Source: an uncultured archaeon (GTDB lineage: Archaea > Asgardarchaeota > Thorarchaeia > Thorarchaeales > Thorarchaeaceae). Taken from it: a DNA stretch of 64,000 nt. Made by a program: the position numbers and the translations under genes. The DNA lies in contig CAZLEV010000003.1 in assembly GCA_964558645.1 (NCBI GenBank), positions 96,001-160,000 on the forward strand. Direction: 5' to 3'. The notes beneath the pieces are model-generated. The model was not told where the DNA came from. It saw only the letters and a list, made by a program, of their open reading frames with translations, and did not search any database. Below, piece after piece: positions 19,496 to 29,245 of this stretch (positions are counted from its first letter, which is position 1; each line of letters opens with the position of its first letter).

Positions 19496-22213
19496 TTATG
19501 GCCCCCTCCATTTGGTCACATAGCACGACAATCTCATTAGGGCAGCACAAAGTACCGAAATAAATGGAACAAAAATAATCGAAAATATACCGAATGAGAA
19601 TACTGGTATTACCAAAGCTGGCACTGGGCCAGACATGCCTCGGATGAACCCCAGTGAAGTGAAAGCTCCTATCGCCACGCCAACCATGATGAAAATCATC
19701 AGTGGTGCAATTTCCCAGTAGAGGAGACCACTGATTCTCTTGCGCCCAAAGCCGTGAATTTGTAAATTGCGAATTTCCTCAGCTCTGTTATTTCTGACCG
19801 ATGCAGTAAGTGAGAAAATACCTAATAATGAGAGCGGGATGGCAAAGAGAACACTGATTAGTCTGAAATCAACAAGAGAAACGCTCAGATTCATTTCTAA
19901 TGTATTAACATCATCTGCAGATTGAATCCGGTATATAGGTAGATTCATCATTTCAAGGGAGTGAATGACCTCTGATTTGACGGCGGAATCCTCAACGCGG
20001 ACGAGCACTCTATCACGAGTTGCAATGAGTCCCTCCAAGGCATCACAGAATTGAGTATTCACATATGACCATGTTTCTTCGCAGAGATATTCAGCGCCGG
20101 AACCAACAGACGATTCCACAAGGATGGGATCAGGTCCATATAGTCCAATAATGTGAAGAACCCATGAATGATCGTTGAGTGAGAGAGTTATGAAGTCGCC
20201 AATAGCTAAGCCAAGTCTAGCTGCCACTAGCCGTTCAAGGATAATTGTGTCATTGCTAACGAGTGATTGAATTCCTTGAGAGCTGTCATTGAATGCAAAC
20301 CAACTTCGACGGTAGTATGCTGCCGAAGTCCAGTTTTGCGGCTCAATTCCTCTTATTCTAATTCTGTCTGTAATGGCATCGAGAGAAAATTCGCGCTCTA
20401 CTGCGAGGGAATCGACTCCTGATAAGTCAAGGACTTTCTCCAATTCGAAACTATTATTTCCTACACTCAACTGAAATGAAATGTCAGAACCGTTTTCGAC
20501 GAGGGCAAACTCACGATGATGTGCCGTCATTATATCAAGAGATAGTGATGTCCAAGTAGCATAGCCAACGACAAGTGCGAGAATTAGAGCAAGATGGGCA
20601 TTACGTTCTCGATTTCGATAGAGATTCCTTGACGCAAGTATCCCAAGCGTGCCTTTGAGTCTGGCTGAAATGCCTGACAGCTCGTAAAGAACTCTTTCCG
20701 ATGTTGCGGATAAAGATGCTAGACCATACATGAGAAGCAGGGGGCCGATGACATTGAGAATGTAATCTATCGAAATCCACGTAGAGAATACGATTTGTAC
20801 AAAGACATCTTCGAAGCCGCCTGCAGCCATCATCATTTCGAAGGGGTCAATTCTGGCCATCCATGCAGCCATCTTGTAAATCCCTAAAGCTGTACAAAGA
20901 AGAGGAAGGCCAATACCTCGATTTCGTGTTTCTTCATAATGAGTAATCTTGTTGATTAATCCTTGAGAATGTTCAGCAAAGGAATGAAGAGTAACATGGG
21001 CGGTATATGCAGGTATTGATGCGGCAATCACCACTATCATCGAAAAGGCCGCTATATCTAAGGCCGCGGAATCAATATGAGAGAAGCTAGAATATGCACC
21101 AACAATTCCCAGCGTCAAGCCCACTACCAACGAAGCTAGTGTGACAACAAAAGAATGCCAATACTGTCCTATTCTAATGAAGCCCAGTGAATACCCCTTA
21201 GTTCTTAATAGACGGATTTCTCTCTTCTTCCTCTTAGCAGTCCGAATTCCCTGAATTCTTGCTATAATCAAGGTTAGAAAAATTATGGGAAGAAAGCTGG
21301 TAACAAGGTCAAATAATAGACTATCGTAATACTGCTTCAGACTACTCAGCTTGCCTTCAAGATTTGAACCGATAACATATCTTCCATTACCGCCTAATGC
21401 CAAAGTCAATTTAGTCTTCATTTCATCTATGAGATTGGTTACTGAGCCAAGGACTATGTTTTGTTGAACCAAGTCTTGATCCAGCGTTATGGCTGTGTGG
21501 CAAAGCAGCGCTGGGGATAAGCTTGTTGCTCTCTCAGAGATGAAATCCAGTATTGGTGCAATAGTTTCACCGAAATTGGTTAACACGACTGAAGCGGGAC
21601 TGGTTTGGCTTATCATTCCAGGTGCATTTGAATATTCGAAAAACAATGCTGAAAGGTCAATGTCTGTCGATACGAGTCCGGAAACTGTTAGATTAAGCGA
21701 CACGGAAGGTACAACTGAGCTTCCCTTCTCGAAATAAGGAATTGAAAAGGGTATTGTCGAGTTTAGGTCATAGTGGAGAGCAGCTTCAGTATTCACGACT
21801 ACAAGACACTGGTTAACATCCGGAATATCAAAGGCATCATGAAAAGTGAAATGTTGCCAGATATCCGAATCCGCCTCCAAAGCGACGAAACCCTTTGGCG
21901 ATTCTCCTCCGCTGGAAATGACAGATATGGCAACCGATTCCGCATGACCCACTCCTTCCACCGAATCCAGCAATGAAATGCGATTCTGTAGGTCTGATTC
22001 TGATAGAACGCCTTGATGCTGAACTGTCATGTCAAAAACAATTTGTTTGGTAGTATCAACTGCCGCCTGTCGAAATACAATATTCGAGGATAGAAAGAGG
22101 AGGGTCAATGCCAGAATAACAAGAAACGGACTGATGCAGTCACTAAGGAAATGCTTCTTCTTTCTGCGTATCTGTTTGGTCGAGTAGATACATGATTTAA
22201 AGATATGACTCAT
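19496..22213 (-). CDS. FtsX-like ABC permease (paralog)
   Basis: KREIRLLRTKGYS, RNLYRNRER, NGSDISF, LGLAIGDFITL, EIRNLQIHGF. Confidence 0.8.
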   Translation of the reverse strand: MSHIFKSCIYSTKQIRRKKKHFLSDCISPFLVILALTLLFLSSNIVFRQAAVDTTKQIVFDMTVQHQGVLSESDLQNRISLLDSVEGVGHAESVAISVISSGGESPKGFVALEADSDIWQHFTFHDAFDIPDVNQCLVVVNTEAALHYDLNSTIPFSIPYFEKGSSVVPSVSLNLTVSGLVSTDIDLSALFFEYSNAPGMISQTSPASVVLTNFGETIAPILDFISERATSLSPALLCHTAITLDQDLVQQNIVLGSVTNLIDEMKTKLTLALGGNGRYVIGSNLEGKLSSLKQYYDSLLFDLVTSFLPIIFLTLIIARIQGIRTAKRKKREIRLLRTKGYSLGFIRIGQYWHSFVVTLASLVVGLTLGIVGAYSSFSHIDSAALDIAAFSMIVVIAASIPAYTAHVTLHSFAEHSQGLINKITHYEETRNRGIGLPLLCTALGIYKMAAWMARIDPFEMMMAAGGFEDVFVQIVFSTWISIDYILNVIGPLLLMYGLASLSATSERVLYELSGISARLKGTLGILASRNLYRNRERNAHLALILALVVGYATWTSLSLDIMTAHHREFALVENGSDISFQLSVGNNSFELEKVLDLSGVDSLAVEREFSLDAITDRIRIRGIEPQNWTSAAYYRRSWFAFNDSSQGIQSLVSNDTIILERLVAARLGLAIGDFITLSLNDHSWVLHIIGLYGPDPILVESSVGSGAEYLCEETWSYVNTQFCDALEGLIATRDRVLVRVEDSAVKSEVIHSLEMMNLPIYRIQSADDVNTLEMNLSVSLVDFRLISVLFAIPLSLLGIFSLTASVRNNRAEEIRNLQIHGFGRKRISGLLYWEIAPLMIFIMVGVAIGAFTSLGFIRGMSGPVPALVIPVFSFGIFSIIFVPFISVLCAALMRLSCYVTKWRGP

Positions 22214-22236
22214 CAGTCCTTCTTCACTCCAGCAGA

Positions 22237-23214
22237 CTAAAAGCCTCTCTTCTTGCCGCTACGCTTTCTCTTGTTGCCTCGCCGATTATTACTTCTCGCA
22301 TTCTTTAGGGCTTTTACCGATATGAAGAACATCCCTACAAACACGCCAATCCCCGCTATTAGATAGACCATTGAAAATGGAATGCCAGCAGTCTGCACGG
22401 GTTCGCCAAGGTCAAAGCTGGTGTTAATCAGGGTGATTTTTCCGGATCCAGATGAAAGATTGCAGGTACCCATTAGAAAGAAATCTATCGGGCTATCCAC
22501 AATCTCAAGTAGCAATCCAGTGTCATAATCAAAACTGTACACCGAACTCTGATTTTTTCCGAGTACGTCTTCTCCCAAGGCATCAAAAGTATATATTCTT
22601 TGCAACCCATCCATTGTGTCAATTACAACTGGACTCTCATACGACCGGCGTTCCCCCATAAGAGGGTCAAAACCATTCCTTGAAGATAGTATCTTTCCTT
22701 CCCCTTGATCCTCTCGCTCTCCAAATAGCCTAAAGATGCCTGTCATACCGAGGTGAGCACCACTTCGAACTGTGTACTCTCCTGTTTCGGTATTCAAGCT
22801 GAAATTGAAACTCGCAGAATAATGGTATTTATCTGGATTTTGTGAGGTGAAGGAGGCATTGACCATGTTGATTTCATCTGTTTGTTCTATAACCTCAAGC
22901 TCAAGCGTCAGCTCTATCAAATCTCCCTCGTAGCCTACAACATACGTGGAATTCTCAAGTTGTACATGTGCAAATTCGAACTTGTACGTGAAAGTCAGCC
23001 CCTTAGAAAGGGGAGCGAGAGACATCTTCTTTTGTGTCCGCGGTTCGCCAGGTGCTGAGATACTACCAGAAACCTCATAGAGAGTGTTTGCATTTCCCAA
23101 TTGAGGGATGGAGGGAATTTGCACCATAAGCAGAATCAGTATTAGGTAAACAATGCAGATATTGTCGGATATTTGGTCTAGTTCATTCATTTGATACATT
23201 TCATCTACTCCCAA
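22237..23214 (-). CDS. Hypothetical secreted protein with C-terminal TM anchor and basic tail
   Basis: N-terminal hydrophobic stretch, beta-rich middle, C-terminal TM followed by NRRGNKRKRSGKKR; start uncertain. Confidence 0.7.
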   Translation of the reverse strand: MGVDEMYQMNELDQISDNICIVYLILILLMVQIPSIPQLGNANTLYEVSGSISAPGEPRTQKKMSLAPLSKGLTFTYKFEFAHVQLENSTYVVGYEGDLIELTLELEVIEQTDEINMVNASFTSQNPDKYHYSASFNFSLNTETGEYTVRSGAHLGMTGIFRLFGEREDQGEGKILSSRNGFDPLMGERRSYESPVVIDTMDGLQRIYTFDALGEDVLGKNQSSVYSFDYDTGLLLEIVDSPIDFFLMGTCNLSSGSGKITLINTSFDLGEPVQTAGIPFSMVYLIAGIGVFVGMFFISVKALKNARSNNRRGNKRKRSGKKRGF

Positions 23215-23267
23215 CTTGTATTTTGATCATTCATTTTCGAGTCATAAAACGATGGAGCCATAACCGG

Positions 23268-23308
23268 AAAAAAATCGGGCTGGTGGGCAACTAAACACCA
23301 ACCAGCCC
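23268..23308 (-). terminator. Hairpin + T-tract downstream of the 153-aa secreted gene
   Basis: GGGCTGGT...ACCAGCCC inverted repeat (23277-23308) followed by T7 on the minus strand. Confidence 0.6.
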
Positions 23309-23365
23309 TCCTATTGTCTCTATCAATAATGAATCGACTAAGTTTCTACGAAGCTACTACTCTCA

Positions 23366-23827
23366 TTACACCCTCCAATCAACAAATACAAGATCGTTGC
23401 CTGTATCCCCTTGGAGATAGACATCAGTGTAAAGTTTGGTTGTCTTTCTTTCAATCTGGATCCAACCCCATGGAGACCATAATCCTGTTCCAAAGTCATA
23501 GAAGCAACTCACTCTTACAAAGTTGGAATACCCCATTGTATCCTCTTCTGTTTCGGGCGTATTGAATAGGACAACTGGCCAAACGATATGGTACTTGGGC
23601 ATTGAATCATACCACGTTAAATCCCAGTCTTCACCTTCTGCGGTCGTGCCTATTCCAATATACGACCCAAACCAGTTCCACCCAGTCCAAGCATCATCCA
23701 AATTGACCCTATATAGATGGGACTCATGCACAGCTTGCACAGTTGGTGTGACAAAGGCTACAACTGTGATGCCCGTAAAGGCAAGAGCTAGGGCCAATGA
23801 TGCCAAGTATATTTCTCTATTATTCAT
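23366..23827 (-). CDS. Small secreted Trp/aromatic-rich protein
   Basis: Sec signal peptide ending VQA; AGGTGA SD; ~120-aa mature part with many W/Y/F. Confidence 0.75.
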   Translation of the reverse strand: MNNREIYLASLALALAFTGITVVAFVTPTVQAVHESHLYRVNLDDAWTGWNWFGSYIGIGTTAEGEDWDLTWYDSMPKYHIVWPVVLFNTPETEEDTMGYSNFVRVSCFYDFGTGLWSPWGWIQIERKTTKLYTDVYLQGDTGNDLVFVDWRV

Positions 23828-24432
23828 CTTCTTTCACCTGTTTTACAGTTGCTTAGAAAGGAGATTCAGATGTTATTCTATCTCCATCCTCGGCGCAAGA
23901 GAGCAATCAGAACGTAGTATATCACTGGAATTTGTACTAAAGATTCGCATGCCGTCTCTGATGTGTACCTAGTATACACATAATCATAATCCTGCTCCTC
24001 TAATACCAAGCTTAGTTATTCGTTATAGAATATAAAGATGACCACGGTTCATGCATAGAAACGTGAATTGCCAAATCTATTCAAATTAATCGCTGGAATC
24101 ACCGGAGACATGCACCATCGAACATCGAAATGTATCGAAACGCTATATGAAAAGGCCCCATTTTTCGTGAAGTTGAAGCCATTTACGCTAGAATCTCATT
24201 TTGTTCACGGGAACAGGACGAGTCTATTTTCAACCGGGTAGAATGGAGACATTAAATTCACAGTACAGATGCATAAGCAACATCGTTTCTCTATGAAGCG
24301 TGATATAGGAAGGACCCTACAAAAACAGACAACGAGAGCGTCAATATCTTAACAAACGGACACAACGAAGGACACTGAGTGTGGAGTACTAATGCAGCGG
24401 TGGTAGGTGGCTGGATCCCATCTATGAGAATG

Positions 24433-25196
24433 GGCTCTGTGTGAAAAGTCGAGGAGAGTAATAGAAGGATATGTGACCAGACTGGCTGGTTCGCATGATT
24501 CATGTCTTACTCTTCATCGTACGACACAGCCAAGTCTCGTCATCCTCAGTTCTTGCTCCATGAGCTTATGAAGCTTCGTACTATGGTCCCCACCCGATCC
24601 TCTACCCTGGGCCGACCTGTCGATTTTCCCCTCCCTGCTCTCTTTGTCCTCCTGGGCCTCAAGTTCGACTCCGGCCTCAGCTACCGGAGCTTCGTGGCCC
24701 AGCTCTCCTCCAACCCGCAGCTCCTTGAACTCCTCGGTCTTAAGCGGGCGCCAAGCTATTCCATCCTCCAACAGGCACTCAGACGATTGGACACCCAGCT
24801 CCTCCACCAGATGTACCGGCTGCTGGCTCGGAGGAGGCCTCCTCCCAGACACATCGCCGTGGACGCCACGGGGTTCTCTCACGCCACCGGGGGTGAGTGG
24901 TACTCCGTGCGGTTCAAAACGACGCGGAGACGACGGTTCCACGGCCTGCACAACGCCGTCGACCCAGATAGCCTGATGATCACTGCATCCCGGGTCCGGG
25001 CGGGTCCCGGTGGCGATGCACAGCACCTGGTGGCGCTGATCCGACGGATCAGTCCTGCAAGCATTGAGGTGGTCTACGGTGACAGGGGGTACATCTCACG
25101 GAAGAATGTCCAGTTCATCAGTGATGTCGGTGCGTATCCTGCCATCGAACCGAAGGAAAACGCGGTACTAAGGCCACGGGGGAATCCTGCCTACCG
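24433..25196 (+). mobile_element. Truncated IS5-family (IS903-like) element, left part only
   Basis: GC-rich block; candidate left end GGCTCTGTGTGAAAAG at 24433; right end replaced by MFS-derived sequence. Confidence 0.6.
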
Positions 25197-25335
25197 AGGT
25201 AGTTTCATCACTGCGCTTGTTCTTGTTTCGATTGGTGTTGCGTTGCTTCTCTTTGCATTCAGATATGCAAGACGGAATGGACTCTCTCGTTCAGATCGTA
25301 ATGAAACCCGTTTCTTCTCTGAAAAGGTCACATGA
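24502..25335 (+). pseudogene. IS5-family DDE transposase, C-terminally truncated and fused in frame to a copy of the last MFS TM helix
   Basis: IAVDATGFS, LHNAVD, YGDRGY present; third catalytic E region absent; ends AYRGSFITALVLVSIGVALLLFAFRYA, matching the MFS C-terminus. Confidence 0.85.
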
Positions 25336-25581
25336 AGGGTCATCTCAGAGTTTCCTGCTTGCATCGTAGTCCTAACGCTCGCATGAGCATTGCTTGCCAT
25401 TTTTGCCGATATCATTTTAAGGATTCCGGGAGTGATTCGGATTAGGAAGCCGGTTTGGCGGAGCAGCTACGCAACAGACTGCAGATCTGTACCACCTGGG
25501 TGCAAATCCCAGAGCCGGCTCCACTTCTTCTCTGGTCTATTGTCAAGAGATTGTTAGTCGAGTCATGCTCACCAACTCCGA
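25188..25581 (+). repeat. Right copy of ~395 bp imperfect direct repeat
   Basis: Colinear with 15347-15740; end point approximate. Confidence 0.9.
25449..25523 (+). tRNA. tRNA-Cys(GCA), copy 2, fully paired
   Basis: Same cloverleaf as copy 1 but T-stem CTGGG/CCCAG is perfect; U73 + CCA. Confidence 0.92.
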
Positions 25582-25667
25582 AGAGCCGAAAGCCGTTCAA
25601 ATGGTACGCTAACGTCAGTGATTCGGAGGTCTTATCTGAATGGTACAGGATATAGATATGGAGATAT

Positions 25668-26957
25668 GTGTATATAGAGGTGTCATTGATGAAGACCTCC
25701 CGACAAGTCGGCCGTTTCGGCATTCTCATACTCATTGCAATAGCTGTCTTCTCCACTCCGATTCTCATCTGGCATTTAACAAGAGCCCCCTCTACTATGC
25801 AATTGCCTGCTCCCGATTTGGTGGGTTATCTCCCTCTCTCTGACGCCTTGGGTATTGATGTCGTCGATGATTCTTTTGAAGGTCAGGCTCTGAATCTAAC
25901 TGATGTTTCTCAGCTCTTGTGGTCGATGCAGGGGATGACCAGTGCTGCCGGGTTCAGAGTCGCTCCCTCTGCAGGGGGAACATATCCGCTTGAGGTCTTT
26001 GTAGCTGTGAACCGCGTGTCAGACCTAGAAACCGGTTTCTATCGCTACAATCCCAATGGTCATTCTTTGACCGAAGTTTCAATCAACGAAAGCGCAGATC
26101 TTACTGATTGCTTTGCTGTTGATGATAGGGTAGTTCTAGAAGAAGCGTCCGTTGTATTGGCAGTCTTCGCTGAATATGCACGAACGACACAGAGATATGG
26201 TGCGAGGGGGATTCAGTATGTTCATCTCGAGGTAGGCCATGTGCTACAGAATGCCTTTCTCCAGATGGCAGCCCTTGATCTGCGAACCAAGCCGATATTG
26301 AATTTGGATGAGGGAATGCTTCAAGGGTTCATGAATACCGCCTATCATCCTCTTCTCGTCTTGCCTGTTGGAAGATCTTGGACTCTTGGGCCATTGAGAA
26401 ACGTCCCGATGGATGGTACTGAAATGACCGTCGAGCAGGCAATCAACAGTCGCCGTTCTGTGAGAGATTACCTGAACCATAGTTTTCCTAATGAGAAGCT
26501 TCTTGAAATCCTTAACAGCTGCGCCTTGGCCCCTCTGATCGGAGGCAATGCATCGCATTACAGCTTACGTCTAGTATTGCGAGATGTTACGCTGCTTGAT
26601 ACAGGACTCCACGAATTCTCTTTGACAAATGGGACTCTTACAATGCTGAGCGATGAGAATCTGGTTGAAAGCATCTTCGAAGCAGGTCTCAGTCAGCCTT
26701 GGATTCGCGAAGCCCAGGTCAATCTGGTCATCTCTGCAGAGTTTGGATGGACGCGGCAATTGCATGATGCGGATTTTCAGTGGAGGATGATGCTTTACAA
26801 TATCGGGATGCTGAGCCAGATTGTCTATCTCAAGTGCGCGTCCATGGGTCTAGGTACCGTTGCAGTAGGCGGGCTCTATGAGGATCAGGTCGCCCAAGTA
26901 GTTCAAGTTCCTGAAGGGTTCACCTCTGTATACATCATGCCCATTGGAGTTCTATAA
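25668..26957 (+). CDS. SagB/ThcOx-family nitroreductase-like dehydrogenase, tandem domains, N-terminal TM
   Basis: RVAPSAGGTYPLE, RYGARGIQYVHLEVGH, second domain AINSRRSVRDY...LGTVAVGG. Confidence 0.85.
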   Translation: MYIEVSLMKTSRQVGRFGILILIAIAVFSTPILIWHLTRAPSTMQLPAPDLVGYLPLSDALGIDVVDDSFEGQALNLTDVSQLLWSMQGMTSAAGFRVAPSAGGTYPLEVFVAVNRVSDLETGFYRYNPNGHSLTEVSINESADLTDCFAVDDRVVLEEASVVLAVFAEYARTTQRYGARGIQYVHLEVGHVLQNAFLQMAALDLRTKPILNLDEGMLQGFMNTAYHPLLVLPVGRSWTLGPLRNVPMDGTEMTVEQAINSRRSVRDYLNHSFPNEKLLEILNSCALAPLIGGNASHYSLRLVLRDVTLLDTGLHEFSLTNGTLTMLSDENLVESIFEAGLSQPWIREAQVNLVISAEFGWTRQLHDADFQWRMMLYNIGMLSQIVYLKCASMGLGTVAVGGLYEDQVAQVVQVPEGFTSVYIMPIGVL

Positions 26958-27005
26958 CTCAACTGCACAAGACCTATCTCTGTCCCCTGTGAATGAATCG
27001 CTCGA

Positions 27006-29198
27006 ATGTCCATGAGTGACCTTGATGGCAATCTTGCTCTGAGAATAGTAGACGAAACAAGGCAGATTGCTGACCGTCTCGGAATCACTTCCGAGCACTC
27101 CCAGCGTCATGTTATGGAATGCACACGTCTGGCGTCACTCAACTGGCTTTATCGCCGCACATACGGCCACAGAAATGCGGTTGATGAACTGTTCTTTCGA
27201 AGGCTTACATTCTTTGGAGAGAAATTAGGACTCGATCAGTCGCGTGTTGTCGACGATGTCCGACAGCTCCTGGAGGCATTCCGCAGTAGCAGTTTGATGG
27301 AAGAACTTGGGCGTTCTCCGTGTTATAGTCCTACAAGCCTTATGCTGAAACTCCATTCGATAGGGGCCTTTAGACCTATTAGCCATTCTATGGTTCAGAA
27401 AAGACGGCGCATTCTTGGAAGCTACTTCACGCCTATGCCTTTGGCTCAACATATCGTTGGAATCACCCTCGGACCTTGGCTGGAAGAGAGAAACCTGCGA
27501 GAGAGCTCTTCCGCTTGGGAGCGCGCTGCCCGTGATTTCACACTAATCGACCCGGCCTGCGGCCCGGGGGCGTTTCTTCTTTCTGCGGTTGATTATCTGT
27601 CTAGCCAGCTCAAGCGGAAATGTGACAGGACTAACTACAGACGGAATCTGTCCTTGTTTGTTGATGGTCTCTATGGAGTTGAACTTGATGGGGCTAGTGT
27701 GGAGGTTGCTCATAGAGTGCTAAACCACAGGTTGACAGAGCTTGGGCTGGAGAAGCCGATACCTAGTTCACACATAATTCAAGGTGATTCCTTGATTGGT
27801 TTTCTTAGGGAGCAATCAGGTGCTCCGAAGGAGTATCTATCTAGCCCATCGATCAATGAATTCAATTGGAACGAACGTTTTGAGTGCGAGATGCTGGAGC
27901 AAGGCGGATTCCGTTTTGTGGTGATGAATCCTCCATATGACAGACTCCATCCAAGCCGTGCTGAGTACATCAGAGAGCGCCTTTCTCAAGGCGAACGCGA
28001 AGTCGATATGGAAGGTTTTGAGGCATACAAGACTGAGTTGAAACAAAGAGTTGAGTACTTCAGGAACTCTGGTGAATATAGCCTTGCAAACAAGTACACC
28101 TTAGATACTCACAGGCTGTTCATCGAGCGAGCACTTCGCATCTCAAGAAGTGACGCTCGACTAGGTTTCATCGTTCCTGCATCGGTTCTCGGGGACCTCT
28201 CGGCTGCAGCTTTGAGAGAGGAGATCCTCACCAAGCACTCCATCTATCGCCTTGAAGAATACCAAGAAGGATCCTCGCTTTTCCCCAACGTGACACAGGC
28301 CCTCTGTATTATGAGTGTGAAGAAGGGAAGCCCCAGTGGTATCATCCCTGCTGCTTTCGGTCTTCGGCATCTGCATTCTCGTTCAAAGTTACGACTCGAG
28401 AGTATCTCTGTTCAAAGGATAGAAAACCTCTCAGGAAGTGAGTATATCATTCCACGCTTGAAGTCACAGGATTGGCAGATACTTGACATTATACACAAGC
28501 ATGCAAGCTTGAACAGGCATGACTGGGTACGTATATGTAGAGGGGAGCTTGACCTCACTCTGGATAAGAATCTGATAAGTGCAGATAATGATAAGCCTCC
28601 ACTTCTCAGAGGGTCACACATCAGAAGATTCGTTCATACCTCGAGTATTGAGATTGAGGACTTCGTCGACTATGATGCTTTCAAAGAGAAGCATAGCACC
28701 TCGGAACGCATTGCTCACTCGGAGCGGGAGCGAATCGCTTGTCAGCAGGTCTCGAATCGGAAGCAACGCTGGAGGTTGAAATTCGCGCTCGTGGAACCTC
28801 ATGTAGTGTTGGCAAACTCCTGCAACTACCTGACTCTTACCTGCTGTGGGAGTAGGCCTCTCCTCCTATACCTCTTAGGGGTTCTGAACTCCTCACTCCT
28901 AAACTGGCGGTTTGACATCACAAATACCAACAATCATGTTTCCAATAGAGAACTGGGGCACCTGCCGATTCCGTCGCCTTTTGATTTAACCCCAGAAGCA
29001 GAGCATCTTTACGATGCGATTGTGAAGGATGTCGGAGCTATATTGAACGGAGACACAGATTGTAGTCACAGACTAGAAGGACATGTATTTCAACTCTATG
29101 AGATACCTTCTGCACAAGCCCGAATCGTTCTATCTCACCTTGCCGCAGAGGAGAGAGAAGTCGAAGCTATCGTGCGAGGAATGGATGAAGCCATGTAA
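27006..29198 (+). CDS. N6-adenine DNA methyltransferase, Alw26I/Eco31I/Esp3I-like (gamma class with C-terminal TRD)
   Basis: GSYFTP, DPACGPGAFL, MNPPY, LFIERAL, RGELDLT, LLGVLNSSLLNWRF. Confidence 0.85.
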   Translation: MSMSDLDGNLALRIVDETRQIADRLGITSEHSQRHVMECTRLASLNWLYRRTYGHRNAVDELFFRRLTFFGEKLGLDQSRVVDDVRQLLEAFRSSSLMEELGRSPCYSPTSLMLKLHSIGAFRPISHSMVQKRRRILGSYFTPMPLAQHIVGITLGPWLEERNLRESSSAWERAARDFTLIDPACGPGAFLLSAVDYLSSQLKRKCDRTNYRRNLSLFVDGLYGVELDGASVEVAHRVLNHRLTELGLEKPIPSSHIIQGDSLIGFLREQSGAPKEYLSSPSINEFNWNERFECEMLEQGGFRFVVMNPPYDRLHPSRAEYIRERLSQGEREVDMEGFEAYKTELKQRVEYFRNSGEYSLANKYTLDTHRLFIERALRISRSDARLGFIVPASVLGDLSAAALREEILTKHSIYRLEEYQEGSSLFPNVTQALCIMSVKKGSPSGIIPAAFGLRHLHSRSKLRLESISVQRIENLSGSEYIIPRLKSQDWQILDIIHKHASLNRHDWVRICRGELDLTLDKNLISADNDKPPLLRGSHIRRFVHTSSIEIEDFVDYDAFKEKHSTSERIAHSERERIACQQVSNRKQRWRLKFALVEPHVVLANSCNYLTLTCCGSRPLLLYLLGVLNSSLLNWRFDITNTNNHVSNRELGHLPIPSPFDLTPEAEHLYDAIVKDVGAILNGDTDCSHRLEGHVFQLYEIPSAQARIVLSHLAAEEREVEAIVRGMDEAM

Positions 29199-29245
29199 CG
29201 CCACGCACTACATTTTTCAGTGTAACAGAGAATTCCAGTCTGCAC

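Larger units (their letters stand above)
15741..25187. mobile_element. Genomic island between duplicated MFS-3'/tRNA-Cys segments
   Basis: Flanked by long direct repeats that include a tRNA; cargo is visibly more AT-rich than the flanks; contains an IS transposase; no integrase seen. Confidence 0.75.

Noticed and set aside
24116-24141. Three ATCGAA direct repeats upstream of the island operon
   Set aside because: They are short and irregularly spaced and cannot be distinguished from chance.
23366-26957. SagB-like dehydrogenase as a modifier of the island's secreted protein (azole RiPP)
   Set aside because: The gene lies outside the repeat-bounded island, no YcaO is present, and the secreted protein has no Cys/Ser/Thr-rich core.
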